Shown here one piece after another: positions 55,201 through 64,000 of a stretch of 64,000 nucleotides of DNA. Each line of letters begins with the position of its first letter. The first letter of the stretch is position 1. Made by a program: the position numbers and the translations under genes. Source of the DNA: Tubulanus polymorphus (taxonomy: Eukaryota; Animalia; Nemertea); contig NC_134031.1 in the NCBI RefSeq assembly GCF_964204645.1, forward strand, positions 7,688,001 to 7,752,000. Reading direction: 5' to 3'. The notes beneath the pieces were generated by a model that saw only the letters and a list, made by a program, of their open reading frames with translations, was not told the DNA's origin and made no database searches.

Positions 55201-55893
55201 GTAAATTGATGTTAAAGTGTAAAGAGCCGTGTTTAAATTTCTCATAGATGGCAATCCTTGAGGAATGTCCACCAAAAATCCTGCAGCCTCAACTACTACG
55301 ATGAATCATCCCCAAATTCTTTCATCACCAATCTTCTTATGGTCGAAATAAATCAGTCTAGCTTCATTGACTGGGTATGTATGCTTAACTTTTGTTTTTG
55401 CAGTTACTTTCTGTAGTTCAGTGACATTTCTGTAATTACTATAAAAATTATCAATAATAGTATGATCGGTTACCATCAGGTGGGGATTCATCCCCCTAGG
55501 AATAACGTCGACAACCTGTCTATGAAACCAGCTGCAGATCATGAATACTTCACAGAGGAAATGTTTTACTCTAGGAATACATGTATTCAGATCGGCGTTT
55601 TTTGTCTGTCCTTATTGAAAATTATGTAAAATTATTGATAGATGTAGCAACTTGTTGAAAATGGAAAATCAAACTTTGTGAAACATTAGCAACACTCTGA
55701 GACAACTTTTTGGAATCTAATCGAGTATGTATATGTTCAAACTTGTCTAAAAATCTCCGTGGTCAATGTTAAGTTATGTGAGGTGTATAATTCATCCTCT
55801 AATTTTCATCATAACTCTGAATTCACTAATTCTCGATACAGCTGAACTACCTGTTTGTTATCATATATTGCATTTAGTTGACTAGTGGTCTAA

Positions 55894-56198
55894 AGCCGGG
55901 CGTAGGTCGACCTTGTGACGCGACGCGACGCGAAGTGGGGGCGTAAGTCGGTTGCGACGCGATTTCCAGCAACTGTGTGCAACTAGTTGCTCCCAGTCAC
56001 AAGAGCGCGTAGGTCGGTTGCGACGGTCACGTCGTGTCGCAGAAAGTAGAACATGTGCGACTCATTGCGACTGGCGTCGCTGGCAGTCACAACCCGTCGC
56101 AAGGTAGCGTAGGTCGGCGTGTCGTTGTGACGCGATTGTCGCTGGCGGTGGCAGTGAGTCGCGTCGCAGTGAGTCGCAAGGCCGAACTACGCCCGGCT
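55894..56198. mobile_element. PIF/Harbinger-type MITE, GC-rich
   Basis: TAA|AGCCGGGCGTAGGTCG...CGAACTACGCCCGGCT|TAA with internal GCGAC/GTCGC repeats. Confidence 0.85.
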
Positions 56199-57255
56199 TA
56201 AGGTTTTAAAACATGCCTACTGTAAATAAAAATAATAAATAGTTTGTACAGCCATCCATTTATTATTATAATTATGTTTATCTTTATTTTGATCGAAATA
56301 TTATTATCATTTACTACGGAACTACTATATTGTTATTAATATAACGGTAGGCCTATTGTATAGAATATCTACCGGTATAAAGCATTTCTATTTATTATTA
56401 TCATTGAAAAATCATTGTGATGCGAGCCTTCTATATAACTTGTACGATATGAATATGGTTATTATTATCATTATCAAAATTATCTTTAGTGCCAGCAATA
56501 AAAAGTGATACATACAATTAATTGACAAGCGCTTGTGTTTCTATATTTCTCTAAAGGATAATGTCATACATGATACCCATACAATATAAAAAACATTTTG
56601 TCATGAGGGCAAAAAAGGCATAATTGTTGCTTAAATCTCAGGATTTTGTCCTTGGCCCAGTTCCACAGTTGTGAGTTAACTCATTAAAATCAATTCATTT
56701 TCAACTCTAGTCAAATTTAACTCAGAACTGCGGAACTGGATCCAGGGACCAGTTCCACAGTTGTGAGTTAGAGTTAACTCCGAGTTAAAATCAGTTCATT
56801 TTCAGATTTAACTCTAGGGTTAAATGTAACTCGGAACTTTGGAACGTAATGTTAACGAGTTATTCTGGTTTTCAACTATTGCCACCTATCTGTTAATTCA
56901 TAGCTGATTCTCCATTTGTTGTTCACATCAGCGCTTGGCTCTCCTTCATCCTCACGTTTTACGGACACAACAGGTTTATGTAACATCTCAACTGGCTGGA
57001 CTCGCTGTATGTGCAACATTCAGATTTTCGTCAGTGGCCTAGTTCTCGTACTTGTTTTGAAGAGTTTGTTCAGCATTAACACCACAAACTACCAGAATTA
57101 CCGTAAGTGAATGTTTTTAAAAAAATTGTAAGGGGTTAATTAACTGGTACAGCGCTAATCAGATGACAACAACAATGTGGTGAAATTGCCCTCCGCCTAT
57201 CTGTTTTTGGTTTTCTCAGTTTTAGGCTGCTCAAACCAATTTATGTGATTCAAAC

Positions 57256-57537
57256 CAGGGGGGATCTAGGGGTAAATCTGAGGGTCTTCTCAGAATTCTA
57301 GGGGCATACCTAAAAGAAAAGGGCACTGATAACACTCCCAGCGCAGCTAACACTGCTTCAGCGCAAAGCCGGGGTCTGAGGCCCCCCTCCAAGACAATTT
57401 TGAGATTCTAGCACTGATTTGAAGCCATTTCCTGCATTTGAATCATGAAATTGTTTTGCGAGCAAAATTTTTTGAGGGCATTTAAATATTTTGAGGGTCT
57501 TCCAGAAGACCTATAAGACCCCCTAGATCCGCACCTG
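57256..57537. mobile_element. hAT-like MITE with 5-bp TSD
   Basis: CAAAC|CAGGGGGGATCTAGGGG...CCCCTAGATCCGCACCTG|CAAAC. Confidence 0.75.
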
Positions 57538-58353
57538 CAAACAAAATGTGATGATTTAGATATTCGGTTCAGTCAGATGAAGACTTCTCTCAATGTTTGT
57601 ATACGTCACCATATTCCTCGAGTCAGTTTATTTTAGCATACCGCTCCTCAAGGCTTGGTCAGTTTACTCAAATCGTTGGGTTAGACAAAACTACTATGCC
57701 ACTTTGATCGGGTCACAAACTGGTTTAAACAAATGACAACTTAGAGTAAACCTAATTACTGTCTTCGGTTTGGCTTTATACATGTGCCTCTAGATCCGTG
57801 TATCCTTGACCAACTAACTCGGAGCCAATAGCCGGTGTTGTGAGAACCACAGAGCGTCATGAGTGGGTGCAATACAGTGCAAAGGACCATCGATAAAGGC
57901 ATGTACAGCCAAATGGTCGTTTGATGTTACCTTTCCTCCCAAAATACACATGAAGCTTATCGTCCATAGAGTTAAGTACGCTACATGAACATTTTTGCTG
58001 GATGCCCCTCCATTAGGTTTATATACTTCATGGATGGTGGTCACTAACTTGTTTTGAATGTCTGGAGCTCAGATCTAGTTTAGACTGATTAAGGTAGATC
58101 TATTAAACATCAACATTACATATCGTGGTTCCCTTTTTTCATTTCAAATAAAACATGTTCATGTTCACATGAAATGCGTGTGCCATTTGGGAAAGAATAA
58201 AAAGGATATAACATCAAACATCACTGATGAATAAGTGTTTTATTATTGAAAAATTGCATTACAAGGTACACCTGCCTTCACTAGAATATTATGAAGACTA
58301 CAAAATGCATGATAAAACAATTTAAAATAGTCAGGGATAAATATAATTTAACT

Positions 58354-58508
58354 TTAGTCATCACTCATGAGTTCTCTAGCTATGGCTGTAGGCTCATCAT
58401 CATCATCATCATTGTCATCATCGACCTCATCCTCGGAATCAGATTCGGGTAATCCTAACGTCTTACGTCGTTTGATCTCCAGAGGTGTCAATGCCTTTCT
58501 TTTTTGCA
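58354..58508 (-). CDS. GTF3C5: GTF3C5-like last coding exon, acidic C-terminus
   Basis: TTTTCAG acceptor, phase 1 matching the upstream exon. VQKRK...ESDSEDEVDDDNDDDDDE...*; AATAAA at ~58244-58239. Confidence 0.75.
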
Positions 58509-58795
58509 CTGAAAAATAGAAGAGTGAACAGTTTCTAATCAGAAGAATGCCCGACACACTTTTCATTTGCCACCAGCTCCATGATATAAACTAGCAAAAA
58601 GTAATAAGAGACATTGATGTGTAAGATTATACAGGTAAAGGCTAAAAAGAATTGATACCTTGTTTCTTATTTCTGCTGAGTTAAATTAGCCACCTATATA
58701 CTCTGTACATTACTTTTTTCAAATCACGATCAAGCTAAACATAACAAACCTGGCAGCTATAGAAATGAACCGATTACAAATTTTATTGCAGTTTA

Positions 58796-58852
58796 CAAAA
58801 TGACCCAGCCGTTTAGGAGAAACAAAATGACCCAGCCGATTAGGAGAAACAA
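58796..58852. repeat. 27-bp tandem duplication
   Basis: ACAAAATGACCCAGCCG(T/A)TTAGGAGAA occurs twice. Confidence 0.85.
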
Positions 58853-59696
58853 GGTGTCATTTTTTACCTAATTGATGTAGAGGATTTGGTTATTTCAAAA
58901 TATTTAGAAACACTTTTCTTTTATTTCAATAACATAATTCTGGGGACATTTCTTAAGTTATACCAACAACGTTTTGAAAATTAGTGACTGTCCTTGTTGA
59001 AGAGAATACACTGGATAAATCATTATCTGTGTGAGATGTATCCTACAGTGCTAACAAGTCTTAAATTATCAACATCTGGTTCCACAGTTCACGGTTAAGA
59101 TTTGAAATTAGCTGAACTTAAAGAGTCAATTTACCATGTGGGTTCAAGATTATAAGTTGAAACTAGATTAGATTTTCCTAAAAAAAACCTTAATCTATCC
59201 ATGAACAAGGAAGAACTGACTACACTTAGTCAGTAACCAGACTGCAGGGATCTAAGAAAAAAAATCAAATTTTTCAAATTGGATTTCAAATTTCAATAGC
59301 CCCCCATAAAATCCACTAGCCCTATCAAATTTTGCTGAATTTATAATAAATGAAGAAAAATTCAAATAAACTCTTAAAATGCTATCAACACCAGTTTTAT
59401 TTTTTATTCATTGAACTTTTAACTACTACAATTCGACACTATTTTGGGAAATTATTATTTCGAAAATGTTTCACTCGGATGTTCTTCACTTTTCAGTTGT
59501 CATGGTATTATTATAATCGATCAAAATGACATCAAAGCGATCTACTTGAACGGGAAATGACACATACAGGTTTTAAATACCGGTAGCCTGATGGACTAGT
59601 GACATCTAAAATTTACTAGCCAGATCAAAATTCTACTAGCCTCAGGCAATCGGGCTAACGCTTAGATCGAACCCTGGGTGATGAAGTGTCACAATC

Positions 59697-59755
59697 AGGG
59701 GCCAGTTGCTCAAAAGTTGGTATAGGGTAACCAACTTTTGAGCAAGTGGCCCCAG
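59697..59755. repeat. Minimal hairpin MITE (GGGGCCAGTT family; relatives near 13955-14082, 44966-45076 and 56654-56846)
   Basis: GGGGCCAGTTGCTCAAAAGTTGGT...ACCAACTTTTGAGCAAGTGGCCCC. Confidence 0.7.
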
Positions 59756-59906
59756 ATATTTTAACACACCACATACCAGTATCTATTGGTATAAGCCCTA
59801 TTTCGATTATAAAAGCTTACTATAATAATAACTATCAATAACTAGATGAGACTTCAATTGTTAAGGACAGACTGGAGTATGCAAAGAATGCAGAAAACGA
59901 ATATAC

Positions 59907-60075
59907 CTATTCCTTTCTTCTTGAGGGGATGTTGTTTGATAGTGACATTGTACATACTCCCCGGATCATTATCAGACGTCGGGAGCAAGTGTTCGACGAT
60001 ATCGTACATGATCCTACGAGCTTTCTCATGTGTGTCGGGTAATAACCAACCCTCTCGTTCGTGGCATTCCTTTTC
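59907..60075 (-). CDS. GTF3C5: GTF3C5-like exon
   Basis: EKECHEREGWLLPDTHEKARRIM resembles TFIIIC63 CTERDGWC; CTCAG acceptor and GTATAT donor. Confidence 0.85.
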
Positions 60076-60526
60076 CTGAGAACAGAAATTCACAAAATCA
60101 AGATCAATCTAATTCGTCTTATTTCATGATTCGTAAAATTTAACCAAAGTGCCAAAGAAATGAGGGCTGAGCTGCCAGAGGCATTGATGGTTGCCAATAC
60201 TGTATTCCTATTAGATTCCACAAATAACCGATATATGGTATCACTGTATCTTTGTCTTTTATTTTGTGTGGAGAAAACAGTGCTTTCAATGATCCAGCGT
60301 TGAAAGGGTTAGCCATCTTGAATCTGATCAGGCCAGTTTTTAGGATGCAAGACATGTTATTTAGAATGAATTCAACGTGTCAAGTGAATAGAGATACTTT
60401 TTGACGATTGAATTATACAATGAAAATATCTTATAAAATCATCAGAAAGCAATGGCTGCCATGGTAATCTGAGACCCACTTTTTACAAACCGGTTGCACT
60501 AAATGGGTTAAACGATATATACTCAC

Positions 60527-60643
60527 CTTGCCATCATTGCCATGAAGCATTTCTTGTATTTCCTCAACTTCGATGTCACAAATTTGATAAAATGTCTGTC
60601 TACACGGAGGCACAATATCCGTTGTGAATCTGAATGAGCTCAT
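60527..60643 (-). CDS. GTF3C5: GTF3C5-like (TFIIIC63/tau95) exon
   Basis: PPCRQTFYQICDIEVEEIQEMLHGNDG resembles PPYRQMFYQLCDLNVEELQKIIHRNDG; TTTCAG acceptor and GTGAGT donor. Confidence 0.88.
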
Positions 60644-60867
60644 CTGAAATATTACAATTTTTGGAACTAAAATTTGTATTTCCGAGTAGTACTTACCCTT
60701 TCCTATGGTTTTTGCCAATATTTTCTAAATTTGGATTTATCGCCAATGGTTTTTCTATACGACCCGGCCCTGCAGTATTGCATTTAGCCACCGGCGAAAT
60801 CCGCCATCTTTTTACGTCATAGCAGACCAAAAAAAACAGCTATGCAGGGCAGGTGGGCGGGATTCCC

Positions 60868-60965
60868 ACCATAGGAAAGGGTAAGTACTACTCGGAAATA
60901 CAAATTTTAGTTCCAAAAATTGTAATATTTCCGTCGAGTACTGTACCCTTTCCTATGGTTTTTGC
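60868..60965. repeat. DIRS internal complementary region (ICR)
   Basis: 60868-60930 is the exact reverse complement of 60647-60709 (63 bp). 60928-60965 is a variant of the terminal repeat expected to match the left end. Confidence 0.9.
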
Positions 60966-61169
60966 TAGACTAGCCTAGCACAAGGATGGTGGGAAAGGTA
61001 GATAGAAAAACCACCGCTCAAACGCAAGGTAAGAGGGAAAAAGAGAGCACTTACCCAAGCACGGAATGGAGCACTGTAGCACAGGATAGACCGGTTGGCC
61101 ACAGTGAGTCCGTCCAGCTCAGGGGCCCCCCCAGAATTTTGCGAAATTAATACTTGCAGATATAAGCCC

Positions 61170-63834
61170 AAACTATGTACCCATCGGGCCACTGTGTCCC
61201 GCGAAATATCCCCCTTTAGGTGATCCAGCAGCGGAATAAATAACCGCTCCCGTGAACCCCTCCGTGAAGCAGAGCGATCTAAATAGAAACACAACGCCCG
61301 CACAGGACATAAAGTCCTGTCCGGGATGCCCGGTTCCACTCGATGTTTTAGGGCTTCAATTCGCCATTGACGCCCAACCGAGCCTGGTCGTTGGTTCTTT
61401 GCCAAAAATTCCAAAGCAGGCCGCAGCGAAACAAATTCATTCGCTGGCCCAAAGACAATATGACCTTGTCGGACTGAAAGCGCATGAATCTCAGAGCGAC
61501 GGGCCGAGCAAGCCAAGAACAGCAAAAATACAGTCTTTTTTGACAAATTTGCAAATGACGCTGCCGAAAGAGGTTCAAATGGAGCCTCCATTAACTTCTT
61601 CAAAATTACAGACAGATCCCATGGTGGAACTGTCCTTGTTACCGAGGCCGGGAAATAGAAAAACCTGCAACCAGCTGGGATATCCGATGATCCCCTGCTA
61701 CATTTGGCCATCCAGAAGCACGCAATGTATGAGAAATCGCGGAGCGGTAACCTTTAATAGTTATGACCTGCAAACCTTTTACTACAAATAGGTGCAGTAA
61801 AAAATCTGCCAATTGAGCTACAGAGGGTGAGCATGGATCAATTTCCCCTGCAGCACACCAATCCGCAAAATGACTCCATTTGGCATCGTAAACGGTACTT
61901 GTTGATGGCCGCTTAGATCCTGCAATAAAGGAGGCAGCCTGTTCTGAAAAGCCTGAAGCTGACAAGGATCGCTGGACAATGGCCAGGCGAGCAGATTTAA
62001 CCACTGGCTGTTTGGATGATGCCGAAAGTTCCCCCGAGACAGAAGCGATGGGAAATTCGGAGGAATCCTGGGGTTGTCGCACAGCAGGTTGAGAAGTGGT
62101 AGGAACCATTTCTGAGCCGGCCAACATGGTGCTACCAGAACTATGTTGCAATTGACTGATCTCTCTATTTGATCCAGTAAGCGCGGCAGGACTGGTGTGG
62201 GCGGGAACGCATACGCATGCATCCCCGACCAGTCCAGAGAGAAGGCATCGACCCCCCACGCTTCCGCGTCTGGAAACGGGGACACAAACAGAGGACACCT
62301 CCGATTGCACCGGGTGGCAAACAGATCCAGCAGCGGATTGCCAAAAATGCCCCGAACCCGATCGGCTACTTCTTGGTGGAGAACCCATTCTGTCGCAATA
62401 GCCTGACCTCGACGAGACAGAGCATCGGCCATCACGTTCCTTTTCCCTGCTAAATGTGCCACAGTCAGGGACACGCCCTTTGTCTGGCACCAAAGAAGAA
62501 TTTTGGCCGACAGACCTGTGAGGGTTTCTGAGTGAGTGCCCCCTTGGTTCTGAAGGTAAGCCCTCACTGTTGAATTGTCTGTGGCTAACCAAACGTGGTG
62601 GCCCTCCACTCTCCTGTGAAAGAACTTCAGGGCCTTCCACACGGCCAGCATTTCTAGGAAATTTATGTGGTTGGTGGCCTCGTAGCGAGACCATCTCCCG
62701 GCTTTGACTCGGTTCTCCAGATGTGCCCCCCATCCTTGGTGACTGGCATCCGTGAATACACGAACTGGAGCCTCTAACGGGGCTAGTGACACCCCGAGCC
62801 GAAGATTCGTAGTTGCCGCCCACCACTGAAGATCCGGACTTAGATCGGTTGGAGGTACGGGAATCAAGGCCTCCCAGTTGCCCTTCGACTGAGACCAGAA
62901 GCCCTTCCAATATGGTTGCAAGCGCCTGCTTTTGAGGCGGCCTAAGGGCACCACCAGACCCATGGAGCTGATAGAGCCTAGAAGCCGTGACCAGTAACGA
63001 GCTGTTCTCGGGGTTGTGGACACTCCCGCTACAGCTTCTTGAAGTTTGGCTACTCGAACCATAGACGGAAAGACTTTGCCGATTCGGGGATCGAAGTCCA
63101 TGCCGAGATAAGTGAACTGTTGGGCCGGCGTCAACTGAGATTTTTCCCTGTTTACGCGGAACCCTAGCTGATGGACTAGGTCCAAGACTGAGGCCATTGC
63201 CTCCCGACATTCCTGAGCCGAATTCGCGACTATTAACCAGTCGTCGAGGTAAACGAACAGTCGAACACCCCTTGACTGAAGTACCTTCTGAACTGACTTG
63301 ACCAACTTGGTGAAAACCCACGGGGCCGTACTGAGGCCAAATGGAAGAGACCTGAATTGGAACTGGCGGCCTTTCCACTTTATCCTGAGAAATCGCCGAG
63401 ATTTTGGGTGAATTGGAACCTGAAAGTAAGCATCTTTCAGGTCCAATGAAGCCGCCCATTGACCCGGACGGAGCCCTTGAATCACGTCCTTGGGCTTGGT
63501 CATCCGGAACCTTGGAATGTCTAGGTGCCAATTGAGGGATGACAGACCTATCACTGTCCGTTGACCCCCTGTGGCCTTTGGTACCATGAATATTCGAGAA
63601 AACCAGCCGGGAGAAGTTTCGTTGCAAACTGGTTCTATCGCTCCCTTCTCTGCCAGTTCCTTGAGAGCCGGAGAGATTAAGGCCTCCTGACCTGGTTTTG
63701 GCCGCATGTCGGGAGGTGACCTCATCAGGCGCGGTCGCCTTAGGAAACGGAGACGGTAGCCACGAGAGACGACCCGGGAGGGCCAACCGTCTCCAAAGAG
63801 GTCGGACCAGTGGGTTGCTGCCTGCTGCAGACAA
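61170..63834 (-). pseudogene. DIRS tyrosine recombinase ORF, frameshifted and C-terminally truncated
   Basis: YDAKWSHFADWC...TIKGYRSAI in ORF 61639..63834, continuing in another frame as PPWDL...ARRSEIHAL...LCPVRAL...ISRDTVARWV. No HxxR or catalytic Tyr segment is recognisable afterwards. Confidence 0.85.
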
Positions 63835-63989
63835 CCTCCCACTTGTCCCAAGAATTCATTTCGAGTTTTTCCGAAAGGAAGAGCCCCTTTTTGGAGCCTT
63901 CCCCTTGCCTCGATACGAACCGGAACTGTTACGACCGGACGAGGCTTGACACGATTGTTGAAGTTGCGCGCTAGTTCTCCAACCGGCAT
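61818..63989 (-). CDS. DIRS pol: reverse transcriptase, RNase H and DAM-methyltransferase-like domain
   Basis: LDLKDAYFQV, LPFGLSTAP and YLDD (RT); FTDAS, HINFLE, TDN and NVMADALSR (RNase H); DLFA...DAFSLDW...YAFPP (methyltransferase-like). True start uncertain. Confidence 0.93.
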   Translation of the reverse strand: MPVGELARNFNNRVKPRPVVTVPVRIEARGRLQKGALPFGKTRNEFLGQVGGCLQQAATHWSDLFGDGWPSRVVSRGYRLRFLRRPRLMRSPPDMRPKPGQEALISPALKELAEKGAIEPVCNETSPGWFSRIFMVPKATGGQRTVIGLSSLNWHLDIPRFRMTKPKDVIQGLRPGQWAASLDLKDAYFQVPIHPKSRRFLRIKWKGRQFQFRSLPFGLSTAPWVFTKLVKSVQKVLQSRGVRLFVYLDDWLIVANSAQECREAMASVLDLVHQLGFRVNREKSQLTPAQQFTYLGMDFDPRIGKVFPSMVRVAKLQEAVAGVSTTPRTARYWSRLLGSISSMGLVVPLGRLKSRRLQPYWKGFWSQSKGNWEALIPVPPTDLSPDLQWWAATTNLRLGVSLAPLEAPVRVFTDASHQGWGAHLENRVKAGRWSRYEATNHINFLEMLAVWKALKFFHRRVEGHHVWLATDNSTVRAYLQNQGGTHSETLTGLSAKILLWCQTKGVSLTVAHLAGKRNVMADALSRRGQAIATEWVLHQEVADRVRGIFGNPLLDLFATRCNRRCPLFVSPFPDAEAWGVDAFSLDWSGMHAYAFPPTPVLPRLLDQIERSVNCNIVLVAPCWPAQKWFLPLLNLLCDNPRIPPNFPSLLSRGNFRHHPNSQWLNLLAWPLSSDPCQLQAFQNRLPPLLQDLSGHQQVPFTMPNGVILRIGVLQGKLIHAHPL

Positions 63990-64000
63990 CCGAAGCCGCC

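Larger units (their letters stand above)
60647..64000 (-). mobile_element. DIRS1-type tyrosine-recombinase retrotransposon, 3' portion (continues past window end)
   Basis: RT/RNaseH/methyltransferase-like ORF, overlapping YR ORF, internal complementary region and a right terminus ending in ATTT. GC content is visibly higher than in the host DNA. Confidence 0.95.

Noticed and set aside
60644-60718. N-terminal extension MAKTIGKGKYYSEIQ... of ORF 60431..60718
   Set aside because: Chance read-through from the DIRS terminus into the GTF3C5 exon.
61252-61791. 179-aa + strand ORF
   Set aside because: Antisense to the YR in GC-rich element DNA, with no recognisable motif.
61980-63834. Long ORF overlapping pol, considered as a separate novel gene
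   Set aside because: It is the N-terminal extension of the YR frame; extensive pol/YR overlap is normal in DIRS elements.

Overview
AT-rich, intron-rich animal genomic DNA, probably from an invertebrate. Most of the window (~12.2-52.2 kb, + strand) is a 12-coding-exon GPSM2/LGN/Pins-type gene with TPR repeats, a linker and four GoLoco motifs. Its exons join in frame to about 614-634 aa. Convergent with it on the - strand are the last three exons of a TFIIIC subunit 5 (GTF3C5)-like gene. A DIRS-type tyrosine-recombinase retrotransposon, running off the window end, is inserted 3 nt upstream of one of those exons, so the element's terminus now forms most of the host 3' splice signal. At 7.4-8.0 kb (-) is a compact two-exon gene (TATA-like box, 96-nt intron, AATAAA) for a small ParB/sulfiredoxin-fold-like protein with a DGAHR motif. 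It is unlike animal sulfiredoxin and is a candidate domesticated horizontal acquisition; this is the most novel-looking item. The rest is a GPCR fragment, Helentron/HINE-like elements with internal ~153-bp tandem arrays, many MITEs, a tRNA-derived SINE, and decayed DIRS and MADF relics. All calls come from reading the sequence; no database searches were run.
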